Shown here: piece after piece, positions 8,789-16,413 of the stretch
Numbering within the stretch: the stretch's first letter is position 1
Layout of the letters: each line of letters starts with the position of its first letter
IMG/VR virus record: IMGVR_UViG_3300020057_000027
Coordinates: 64,001-128,000 of that record
Length of the DNA: 64,000 nt
DNA from: a virus
Strand: one strand, 5' to 3'
The notes under the pieces: model-generated
What the model was told of the DNA's origin: nothing
The model's database searches: none
Seen by the model: only the letters and a program-made list of their open reading frames with translations
Made by a program: the position numbers and the translations under genes

Positions 8789-9061
8789 ATGCAAGAATTT
8801 GTGGACAAATATTTACTTGAGTCACATCATTTCAAGTCCCGCCCAGAAAAATTAACTACTGAAGACGAAAAGAAATTTAATATACTAACGTTGAGTGGTG
8901 AAGAAGTTTGGGATATCTTAGTATTTTTAATGATACATATGATGCGTGGAAGATATGTATCTCATACCGTAGAAGAGAAATTCACTAAGATACATGCATT
9001 AAAGAGAATTGAAACGGGAACTGTGGAATATTGGCTCCACATAAAATATCAAATCAGATAA
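8789..9061 (+). CDS. Hypothetical protein
   Basis: ORF in operon. Confidence 0.5.
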   Translation: MQEFVDKYLLESHHFKSRPEKLTTEDEKKFNILTLSGEEVWDILVFLMIHMMRGRYVSHTVEEKFTKIHALKRIETGTVEYWLHIKYQIR

Positions 9062-9300
9062 ACGCAATAAATATTTAATATAATCCTAGAAGTTGTGCAA
9101 CATAGATAATTGTTCCAAGTATTACTAATAGTCGTATACCAAAAACGTATGCTCCATCAATTCCTATCTTTGGAAGTATAGCTAGAAAAGCGCCTATTAA
9201 AATTAGATTGATTATTACGTGTGAATTAAGTAGTGCATTAATATTTCATATTGACCTTATTATTAAAATAACTTACTATATAGTTTCATAAATATTAACC

Positions 9301-9951
9301 ATGAAGACACTCAAAACATATATTACTGAAGTAGCCGTGACGGCTCCAAATGTCATGCATGATGCTAATGCTACTATTGAGAAGCTAAAGAAAGAGCTAT
9401 CTCATGTTCTTGGCAATCGTTATGTTATTAAAGCAAATGTTTCAGGAAATCTTGGAAAATCAGCACATCTTAGAATAGTAGATACACATCCAGCTAATGG
9501 TATTGATCATAACTCTCCGGTGTTTATGCAGTTTATGATGTATCTTTCAACTAGTCACGGCAAAGATGCAGATCTTGATAAAGTATCTTGGAAAATGTCA
9601 CAAGGTCCTCGCTCAGTTCCTTATAGAAAAATCACTTCAGCAAAATCTATTGATGATGCAACATCAAAATTAATTCAATGGTTCAAACAGAATAAATCAA
9701 AATTAGATTCATTACTACATCCTTTGAAAGAAGAAAATATTAGAAGCATTGATGGTGTATTCGATAAAGAAAATCTAGCAAGAATACATAAACTACAGCC
9801 ATTCAAAGTTGATGATATTTTAATTAGTAGAAAAGGTGAAAAATTTACTGTTGTTAAAATCCAAGCATTATCAAATTCGTATGCACATAGTTTAGCTATA
9901 GATATTGTTGGATCTAATAAAGGAAAAGTTTTCACTATTTACGTAAAATAG
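9301..9951 (+). CDS. Putative internal head protein
   Basis: MKTLKTYITE leader like the T4 IP capsid-targeting sequence; ATAAATA directly upstream. Confidence 0.6.
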   Translation: MKTLKTYITEVAVTAPNVMHDANATIEKLKKELSHVLGNRYVIKANVSGNLGKSAHLRIVDTHPANGIDHNSPVFMQFMMYLSTSHGKDADLDKVSWKMSQGPRSVPYRKITSAKSIDDATSKLIQWFKQNKSKLDSLLHPLKEENIRSIDGVFDKENLARIHKLQPFKVDDILISRKGEKFTVVKIQALSNSYAHSLAIDIVGSNKGKVFTIYVK

Positions 9952-9954
9952 TCA

Positions 9955-9983
9955 TTGACAGAACACTAAAATACCTATATAAT
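9955..9983 (+). promoter_or_regulatory. Sigma70-type promoter for the tRNA cluster
   Basis: TTGACA-17-TATAAT. Confidence 0.8.
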
Positions 9984-10122
9984 AGTCTTATGATAGAAAT
10001 TCGTTCTAACCTATTACCGCTCCCACTCTTATATCCCTCGCGGGATTATAAAACACTCTTGCGTCCATTGGACGCATAATCACACATTCAAATATTAGTA
10101 GAAGAAAAGATAATTAAATTAT

Positions 10123-10199
10123 CTAGGTGTAGCAAAGTTTGGTATTGCGCCCGCTTTGGGAGCGGGAGGCCGCAGGTTCAAATCCTGCCACCTAGACCA
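10123..10199 (+). tRNA. tRNA-Pro(TGG)
   Basis: Cloverleaf; CCCGC-TT-TGG-GA-GCGGG; CCA. Confidence 0.92.
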
Positions 10200-10202
10200 T
10201 AT

Positions 10203-10286
10203 GGGAGTTAAGACATACGGACTTGTCGGCTGTCTGTAAAACAGTTGTAGAAATGCAAGGGGGTTCGATTCCCTCAACTCCCACCA
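10203..10286 (+). tRNA. tRNA-Tyr(GTA)
   Basis: GCTGT-CT-GTA-AA-ACAGT; long variable arm; CCA. Confidence 0.88.
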
Positions 10287-10289
10287 TAT

Positions 10290-10374
10290 ACTCTTGTGGC
10301 GGAACTGGCATACGCGGCAGACTTAAACCCTGTTGCCTTCGGGATTGAGGGTTCGACTCCCTCCAAGAGTACCA
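10290..10374 (+). tRNA. tRNA-Leu(TAA)
   Basis: CT-TAA-AC loop; long variable arm; CCA. Confidence 0.88.
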
Positions 10375-10382
10375 TTTTTTAT

Positions 10383-10459
10383 AGTCAAGTGATGGAATTG
10401 GAATACATACTTGTCTCAAACACAAGGTTTTAAGGGTTCGACTCCCTTCTTGACTACCA
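10383..10459 (+). tRNA. tRNA-Leu(CAA) with short variable loop
   Basis: CTTGT-CT-CAA-AC-ACAAG; variable region only GTTTT; CCA. Confidence 0.8.
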
Positions 10460-10476
10460 TTTTTAAAAATAATTTA

Positions 10477-10505
10477 TTGACAAATGCCTTCCCGGCATAT
10501 ATACT
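10477..10505 (+). promoter_or_regulatory. Sigma70-type promoter
   Basis: TTGACA-17-TATACT. Confidence 0.8.
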
Positions 10506-10506
10506 A

Positions 10507-10650
10507 CCACAAGTTGAATGAGTTTTGGGATTTTATGTCCCATTTTCTTTTGTGGATTGTAAGCTCTACTACTACCGTGGCGGGTGGTCTTTAGGTAGGC
10601 CTAAAACGAAGACTTTCGGGTTCACTGTAGTGGAGCTTAGAGTTTACAAA
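10507..10650 (+). ncRNA. Putative small structured RNA
   Basis: 13-bp helix TAAGCTCTACTAC(10560)/GTAGTGGAGCTTA(10627) enclosing two hairpins; own promoter; no ORF in the track. Confidence 0.5.
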
Positions 10651-10665
10651 TTTGCAAAATAAAGA

Positions 10666-10695
10666 TTGACAAACGTAGTGAACGTGTGTTATTCT
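10666..10695 (+). promoter_or_regulatory. Sigma70-type promoter upstream of the hammerhead-containing RNA
   Basis: TTGACA-18-TATTCT with TG extension. Confidence 0.6.
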
Positions 10696-10757
10696 ATATA
10701 AAGATAGTCTGATGAAAGGGAAAATCAACTAGGGATAACTTCAACTATCCCATCGGG

Positions 10758-10840
10758 CACACCTGATGAGTCCATAAGGACGAAACAGGGGAGTTAATAG
10801 AGCGTAATAATCGGATCGATTGCTCCTCCCCTGTCGTGTG
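10758..10840 (+). ncRNA. Type I hammerhead ribozyme; predicted cleavage 3' of C10835
   Basis: CACAC-CTGATGA-GTCC(ATAA)GGAC-GAAA-CAGGGGAG...CTCCCCTG-TC-GTGTG: full core with stems I-III. Confidence 0.9.
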
Positions 10841-11113
10841 ATGAAGGACTTAAGGCCTTAAACCTTATCATCGTTCTTCGGTTGGCAAGTTTCGTCTAAA
10901 CATTTATTGTTGCGCTTTCAGTGACAGCTTAGATTAAGGACGAGTATTAGATGGAATCGCGGGTATTTCCACGCCGAGCATTGCGAAAGCGTACATGTGA
11001 ACACTACCGTATAGTTTGCCTAGTTCTGTAAGATTGATTGGGCTTTTTTGTTTTTAGATATTGTATGTTAAACGGACTGGAACGATTAGAGACTGAGAGA
11101 GCGTAATTTTTAC

Positions 11114-11188
11114 GTTCCCGTCTTCTAACGGCTAGGAAGTCTGACTTTCAATCAGATAACGAGGGTTCGATTCCCTCCGGGAACACCA
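11114..11188 (+). tRNA. tRNA-Glu(TTC)
   Basis: TCTGA-CT-TTC-AA-TCAGA; CCA. Confidence 0.92.
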
Positions 11189-11197
11189 AAGGTAATT

Positions 11198-11377
11198 ATG
11201 ACTGATCAAAAATTTGCTGATTTATCTACAGAAGATTTAGAATTAGCTATTGATATGTTTGAACAAACACAGTTAAGAACGAAAGATGTAATTCTTCAAA
11301 ATCAAATTGATGAATTAAAGAAAGAGTTAGACAATAGAAAAAGACCTTTACTTGAAAAGGTTTTACTGAAGGGATAA
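11198..11377 (+). CDS. Small hypothetical protein (59 aa) between tRNAs
   Basis: AAGG RBS; MTDQKFADLSTEDLELAIDMF... Confidence 0.55.
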   Translation: MTDQKFADLSTEDLELAIDMFEQTQLRTKDVILQNQIDELKKELDNRKRPLLEKVLLKG

Positions 11378-11422
11378 TTATATGACTACAGATATTACAG
11401 ACGATAGAAGCCACGATATTAT

Positions 11423-11497
11423 GGGCTTATGGTCTAATGGTCATGACGCTACTCTGTCTAAGTAGAAGTCCGGGTTCGATTCCCGATAAGCCCGCCA
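11423..11497 (+). tRNA. tRNA-Asp(GTC)
   Basis: CTACT-CT-GTC-TA-AGTAG; G73; CCA. Confidence 0.88.
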
Positions 11498-11652
11498 CAA
11501 ATTTGCTAAATAGTTTTATGATTAAGTTTCTTTCAATCACGTCCTCATCCACCTGTACATCTACAGGGTCAACAGGCTGTTGCCTGTAATTCAATTCGCC
11601 CTAACGGGCACATCATCACAAATAAGGGTAGAAGTTTTTCAAATCGCAAAAT

Positions 11653-11727
11653 GCGAATAAGATGTTAATGGATACATGTCAGTTTTCCAAACTGAATTTC
11701 TCGGATCGTTACCGAGTATTCGCTCCA
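11653..11727 (+). tRNA. tRNA-Gly(TCC)
   Basis: GCG acceptor, U73; TCAGT-TT-TCC-AA-ACTGA. Confidence 0.85.
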
Positions 11728-11730
11728 TAT

Positions 11731-11804
11731 GCGGGATTAGTATAATGGTATCATGTCACGTTGCCAACGTGAAGACGCGAGTCCGATTCTCGCATCCCGC
11801 TCCA
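11731..11804 (+). tRNA. tRNA-Gly(GCC)
   Basis: GCGGGAT acceptor, U73; TCACG-TT-GCC-AA-CGTGA. Confidence 0.9.
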
Positions 11805-11813
11805 ATAGTTTAA

Positions 11814-11887
11814 GCCGTTATAGTATAGTGGTATTATATCCCCCTTGTGAGGTGATGATTCGGGTTCGATTCCTGATGACGGCTCCA
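11814..11887 (+). tRNA. tRNA-Thr(TGT), atypical
   Basis: GCC acceptor; TCCCC-CT-TGT-GA-GGTGA with one stem mismatch and G37; CCA. Confidence 0.65.
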
Positions 11888-11890
11888 TAT

Positions 11891-11966
11891 GCTTCTTTCG
11901 CCAAGATAGTAAGGCAACCGCCTGCAAAACGGTTATGCGAGGGCGCACATCTCTCAAGAAGCTCCA
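11891..11966 (+). tRNA. tRNA-Cys(GCA), atypical T loop
   Basis: CT-GCA-AA loop; U73; T loop CGCACAT; CCA. Confidence 0.75.
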
Positions 11967-11969
11967 TAA

Positions 11970-12053
11970 GGAAGGTACTGCTCAAGGGGGCAATCCGGTT
12001 TGAACCCGGAGGTGATGTAAAAGTCAGGCGTTCGATTCGTCTACCTTCCGCCA
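11970..12053 (+). tRNA. tRNA-Ser(TGA)
   Basis: TCCGG-TT-TGA-AC-CCGGA; long variable arm; G73; CCA. Confidence 0.88.
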
Positions 12054-12066
12054 TTTCTCTTGACAT
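12045..12066 (+). repeat. 22-bp direct repeat, copy 1 (tRNA-Ser 3' end plus -35 box)
   Basis: CTTCCGCCATTTCTCTTGACAT identical to 14152-14173. Confidence 0.9.
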
Positions 12067-12093
12067 TATGATGTTGTTGATATATAATTAATT

Positions 12094-12357
12094 ATGCGAA
12101 AAACATTTAAGACTGGAACCGTAGTAGTATTTGAACCAAAGAATTTTAATCCAGAATTCTGGGATAATCTTTCAGAAAAAGATAGAAATAGATACTATGG
12201 TCTATTAGGTTACGGTCAAGCCAAGCCAGTATTCTTTGTATTTTTAACTGAATTGAAAAATGCTCCTGGTCATTGTATATTAGTTAATCTTAATACACAT
12301 CAATTAGAAACTATGCGGCCCACTTCAGATTTTAGAGAAGTAACAGAAGAATTTTAA
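12094..12357 (+). CDS. Hypothetical protein, probably leaderless
   Basis: ATG 5 nt after TTGACA-17-TATAAT. Confidence 0.65.
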   Translation: MRKTFKTGTVVVFEPKNFNPEFWDNLSEKDRNRYYGLLGYGQAKPVFFVFLTELKNAPGHCILVNLNTHQLETMRPTSDFREVTEEF

Positions 12358-12872
12358 TGATACAAAGCGATAAAATATTATATTCTGCTGGTTCTAATGA
12401 TGAATGTTATACACCTGATTATGGTGTTGAGCCAATACTAGAATTCATTCCGAAAGGTGCTATAGTTTGGTGTCCATTTGATACTGAATCAAGTCAATTT
12501 GTAATACAGATTAGTAAACAGAATAAAGTTATAGCTAGTCATATTGATGAAGGTAAAGACTTCTTTACTTATGAACCAGAAAAATGGGATGTTATAATAT
12601 CTAATCCACCATTCACTAACAAGCGCAAATATTTTGAAAGAGCATTAAGTCTTGGTAAACCGTTTGCATTGATAATGACAAACACTTGGTTGAATGATGC
12701 TGCACCTAAACAGATTTTTAAAGATAAAGATCTACAACTATTAATGTTTGACAAGCGAATGGAATTTATACAGCCTAATAGCACTAAGACTAATAAGATT
12801 ACTTTCAGTAGTAGCTATTATTGTTGGAACTTTCTACCAAAACAGATTGTTATTAAGACTTTGAATAAGTAG
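12357..12872 (+). CDS. DNA amino-methyltransferase (N6-adenine type, phage family)
   Basis: DECYTP, WCPFD, DFF and catalytic SNPPF. Confidence 0.8.
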   Translation: MIQSDKILYSAGSNDECYTPDYGVEPILEFIPKGAIVWCPFDTESSQFVIQISKQNKVIASHIDEGKDFFTYEPEKWDVIISNPPFTNKRKYFERALSLGKPFALIMTNTWLNDAAPKQIFKDKDLQLLMFDKRMEFIQPNSTKTNKITFSSSYYCWNFLPKQIVIKTLNK

Positions 12873-14096
12873 TTATTTCTTAACTACTTTGAAACCTGGC
12901 CAGTTGTTCATAGCTGCTCCAGCATTAGCCCAGTAGTGAAACTTGATACTAAACTTATCATAGTTAGCAGTCATAAATTTCATTCCCTCTGTAGGGTTCA
13001 TGATGATAACCTTTACAGCACCATCTTTCATCTTGAAAAGTTTTTGTGCTAATACGTTAATTTCTTTTGTCCATTTAGCATTTAAATCAAAATTGAGATT
13101 CGTTAAAAAGAAAAACATAACGCTATCCCAATCAACTTTTTGATCTAGTTTGTTAGCTGCTATACCATATTTTGTTTCTGGTAATTGTTTATATAACATT
13201 TTGTTTGTCATCTTTGAATGATCAGCAACAAACTTTTTAAACTGCATTTCATTCAAGTCTCCATATCCCATCTTCTTAAGTTGAGCATATAGTTTCTTCA
13301 TATAAGGCAAGTGCTTAGAGAAGAAAAATAGAGCATCATATATTTTTCTGTTAGATATATGAGAGAAGCCTTCGTGTAATAGTTTTTCTCCTGGATCTTT
13401 TGGCTTGTATTTTTCTAATTCACCTTTAAGATTAGTTAAGGTGTTACCACTACCGAAATCTGTTTCAGATTTTCCAGACTTAACAGCAAGTCCAATTTCT
13501 TCTTCATAGTAATCTACTGTAGCTGAATTACTTTCAGAACTAAATCTGATATATTTTTTCTTCTGTTTAAGTGAATCCATTGCGGCAGCGATTTCACCAA
13601 AGTCATTACGGATAGTAGCTAATGTTTTATCATCTACTAAAGCAAATATTTTAGGGTTATATTTTTCACCATTGACAATATCTATGAGGTGTAATAAAAC
13701 TTTTTTGACTTCTGGTGTTATGCCTTTACCTTTAGCAATTTCAGTTCTTGAATCTTTTTCTAGTGCTGCTAGAGTTTTATAAGTCTTTCCGTTCATTCCG
13801 AAAGCTGCCGGAGTAAATTGCTTTGCTGCAACCTTGCCATATCTCATTACAAGAACAAACTTTTCGCCTTTATCATTAATTACATATGAAGTGTATTTAC
13901 CTGAGTATCCACTCCCAGCATTAAACATTTCATGTTTTACTTTTAGTTTCTGTATAGTTTCTTGAACTTTCTTTCCGTCTGATTCATTAATGACCTGCCA
14001 AGAAGGTAGCCCACTCTTCTGCTTTGCCCTAGAATCAGGGGTTACTTTTATGTTGAGATTTGCTAGTGTTGACCAAAAAGGTGTTATAGCTGCCAT
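12873..14096 (-). CDS. Putative PD-(D/E)xK-like nuclease
   Basis: DFGE...SN...VD-x8-VK arrangement; convergent with the methyltransferase. Confidence 0.45.
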   Translation of the reverse strand: MAAITPFWSTLANLNIKVTPDSRAKQKSGLPSWQVINESDGKKVQETIQKLKVKHEMFNAGSGYSGKYTSYVINDKGEKFVLVMRYGKVAAKQFTPAAFGMNGKTYKTLAALEKDSRTEIAKGKGITPEVKKVLLHLIDIVNGEKYNPKIFALVDDKTLATIRNDFGEIAAAMDSLKQKKKYIRFSSESNSATVDYYEEEIGLAVKSGKSETDFGSGNTLTNLKGELEKYKPKDPGEKLLHEGFSHISNRKIYDALFFFSKHLPYMKKLYAQLKKMGYGDLNEMQFKKFVADHSKMTNKMLYKQLPETKYGIAANKLDQKVDWDSVMFFFLTNLNFDLNAKWTKEINVLAQKLFKMKDGAVKVIIMNPTEGMKFMTANYDKFSIKFHYWANAGAAMNNWPGFKVVKK

Positions 14097-14151
14097 TGAT
14101 TTCCTTGTAAACTGTATAATATTTATGTCTCTGGTTGTTATGATGTTCCAT

Positions 14152-14173
14152 CTTCCGCCATTTCTCTTGACAT
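14152..14173 (+). repeat. 22-bp direct repeat, copy 2
   Basis: Identical to 12045-12066; again supplies the TTGACA of a promoter (TTGACA-17-TATTAT). Confidence 0.9.
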
Positions 14174-14224
14174 ATAGATATGATTGTAGTATTATAAATA
14201 GATAAAGTTATTCAACAGGTACAC

Positions 14225-14518
14225 ATGAGTAAAAGAAAATTAGCTGTGTTAGTTTTTTCATCAAAAGGAATACTAGCCGTAGAACCTACTGTCCGTGGTT
14301 TTCTAACAACAAGTTTAAAATTTGTAAGACTACAAGCAAAACTACAAAAAAAGTTTAGAGCTAAAAATACACCAATAGCAATAGGTATTCAAACTCCTTA
14401 TTTTGATACTATCAGATGGGAACTACTTGAATGGGTAGTACCTTGGCAAGCAGATGCAGCTCCACAAGATGAACATGATCATTTAAAGTATTTAAAGGAT
14501 GATACATATGACTGCTAA
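14225..14518 (+). CDS. Hypothetical protein
   Basis: ORF after TATAAATA (14193). Confidence 0.55.
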   Translation: MSKRKLAVLVFSSKGILAVEPTVRGFLTTSLKFVRLQAKLQKKFRAKNTPIAIGIQTPYFDTIRWELLEWVVPWQADAAPQDEHDHLKYLKDDTYDC

Positions 14519-15524
14519 AATTACTCGTCCATTATTAGCAGGAAAAGTTGAAGACTTTTCTAAAATTAATTATCCAGTATATGCTACTCCAAAGCTTGAT
14601 GGCATTAGGGTAATGAAAGTTGATGGCCAAACAGTCACAAGAAAATTTAAAGAACTTCCCAATAAATCTGTTAGAGCAAAACTAAACTTTCTATTACCTG
14701 ATGGAATGGATGGTGAAGTGATGACAAGAATTACTAATGTTGTCGGGGATCATTCTGTGATGTTTGAAGAGGGAACTAGAACAGTTACATCTCGTGAAGC
14801 AACATTCAATGAGATCCAATCACAGATAATGTCATTTGATGGTGAGCCTGATTTTATTCTATATCTCTTTGACTATGTTAAAGACTCGCTAGATAAGCCG
14901 TACCTTGAGCGTGTAGCAGACCTTCAGAAGTGGTTTGATGATGTTCTATTGAAAGCTATGGTAGCATCTAAAATCCCAATGGGAGTAACTACAGTAGATC
15001 CAGAAAATTTTAAAGATAAGATTAGACTTATCATTCCAAAACAAATTAATGATGAAGAAGAATTGTTACATTATGAACAAAGATGTTTAAAGCTTGGCTT
15101 TGAAGGTGTAATGATTCGTAAAGGTGATGGAAAATATAAGTGTGGTAGATCTACAGAGAAAGAAAGTATACTATTAAAGCTTAAGAGGTTTGAAGACTCA
15201 GAGGCCGAAGTATTAGGTTTTACCGAAAAGTTGCGTAATGATAATATACAAGAAGAAGATGAGTTTGGACTGTCAAAACGTTCTCATAAAAAAGAAGGTT
15301 TAGTTCCCGCCGATACATTAGGTGCATTAGTTGTTAAAGATATTAAAAGCAGTGTTGAATTTGAAGTTGGCTCAGGTTTTGATGACGCAACCAAAAAAGA
15401 AATATGGACTAACCAATCTAAATACTTAGGTAAGACAATCAAATATAAATTTCAACCTGTTGGAATTAAAGATAAACCAAGATTCCCTGTATTTTTGGGG
15501 TTTCGTCACATAGATGATATATGA
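14508..15524 (+). CDS. lig: ATP-dependent DNA ligase
   Basis: PKLDGIR adenylation motif, DGE, FEGVMIR, LLKLK, PRFPVF. Confidence 0.95.
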   Translation: MTAKITRPLLAGKVEDFSKINYPVYATPKLDGIRVMKVDGQTVTRKFKELPNKSVRAKLNFLLPDGMDGEVMTRITNVVGDHSVMFEEGTRTVTSREATFNEIQSQIMSFDGEPDFILYLFDYVKDSLDKPYLERVADLQKWFDDVLLKAMVASKIPMGVTTVDPENFKDKIRLIIPKQINDEEELLHYEQRCLKLGFEGVMIRKGDGKYKCGRSTEKESILLKLKRFEDSEAEVLGFTEKLRNDNIQEEDEFGLSKRSHKKEGLVPADTLGALVVKDIKSSVEFEVGSGFDDATKKEIWTNQSKYLGKTIKYKFQPVGIKDKPRFPVFLGFRHIDDI

Positions 15525-15946
15525 GTAAAATAGACTTTGAAACTATAGAAAGAACTTGCTGTGCCTGTCCTTCTCAGTGGCAAGGTTATCTTACCGATGG
15601 TAGAATGTTCTATGCCCGTTATCGTTGGGGTAGACTAGCAGTAGAATTCAGTAATAAGCCAGTTAAAGATGTATCAGAACTATTTGATGATTGTACAATT
15701 GTGTATGATAGTGATGATGGAGATGGTTTTGATGGTCTTATGACTGATTGGAAATTTTACGGGATATTATTGAAGAATAATCTATTAGATGCTAATAGTA
15801 TAACACGAGTTACGATCAAATATTTTTCAAGATTTTTTGGTTATCTCGAAGACCGAGCATTTGCTAGAAGTCTCGCAAAAGGTATTAGAAGAATAACAAA
15901 ATACGGATTGTTTGGAGATAAGGCCGATGAAGATAAAAATAAGTGA
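15521..15946 (+). CDS. Hypothetical phage protein
   Basis: ACPSQW.G...DGR.FYARYRWG. Confidence 0.6.
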   Translation: MSKIDFETIERTCCACPSQWQGYLTDGRMFYARYRWGRLAVEFSNKPVKDVSELFDDCTIVYDSDDGDGFDGLMTDWKFYGILLKNNLLDANSITRVTIKYFSRFFGYLEDRAFARSLAKGIRRITKYGLFGDKADEDKNK

Positions 15947-16163
15947 ATTCACAAGAACCAATCTTGGTTTTCCTTCCGAATGGAAAGGCAAATGTATTGA
16001 AGGTGTGGCAGTTATTTTAAGTTTTAGACACGGCAAATTAAAAATATTCTACGATGAAAAATTACTTTTAGATACTCATAAAGATGAATGGGATATAAGT
16101 GGATATCTTTCTGATGAGGATTTAATATTTCTGTTAAAAAAGCATGACTTATTATTTGAATAA
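15927..16163 (+). CDS. Hypothetical protein resembling the upstream ORF
   Basis: RT...FPSEWKG...FRHGKL parallels RT...CPSQWQG...YRWGRL. Confidence 0.5.
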   Translation: MKIKISEFTRTNLGFPSEWKGKCIEGVAVILSFRHGKLKIFYDEKLLLDTHKDEWDISGYLSDEDLIFLLKKHDLLFE

Positions 16164-16179
16164 TGATATAAGTATTATA

Positions 16180-16413
16180 ATGACGTTAAAACTTCACACA
16201 CAAACAAGTTTCTCCCGCGAAATAGAAAGACTCGTGCGAGAGAAAAAAGTTACTTACTTTGATGCAGTATGTGATTACTGTAAAGAGTTTAACATAGAAC
16301 CCGAAACCGTTCCGAAGCTACTCACACAACAAATTAAAGGTCTGATAGAAACAGAAGCTACGGAATTGAATATGATCAATCGTGGACAAAAGAAACCAAA
16401 GATATTAGAATGA
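16180..16413 (+). CDS. 33: Late promoter transcription coactivator gp33
   Basis: FSREIERLV, YFDAVCDYC, IEPE.V.KL, IE.EA.ELN; upstream of gp59/gp32. Confidence 0.85.
   Translation: MTLKLHTQTSFSREIERLVREKKVTYFDAVCDYCKEFNIEPETVPKLLTQQIKGLIETEATELNMINRGQKKPKILE

Noticed and set aside
10703-10749. Second hammerhead (GATAGT-CTGATGA...GAAA...ACTATC)
   Set aside because: No stem II and no correct NUH after stem III; GGGATA/TATCCC hairpin competes
10972-11002. Group II intron domain V-like hairpin (GCAT-TGC-GAAA-GCG-TAC-ATGT)
   Set aside because: Lower stem too short, no domain VI, no GUGYG 5' end in a sensible position and no maturase
11814-11887. tRNA-His(GTG) reading
   Set aside because: Centring GTG destroys the anticodon stem; no G-1/C73
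10192-12091. ORF-track entries 10192-10425, 11751-11957, 11753-12091 and 11818-12066
   Set aside because: They overlap well-formed tRNAs
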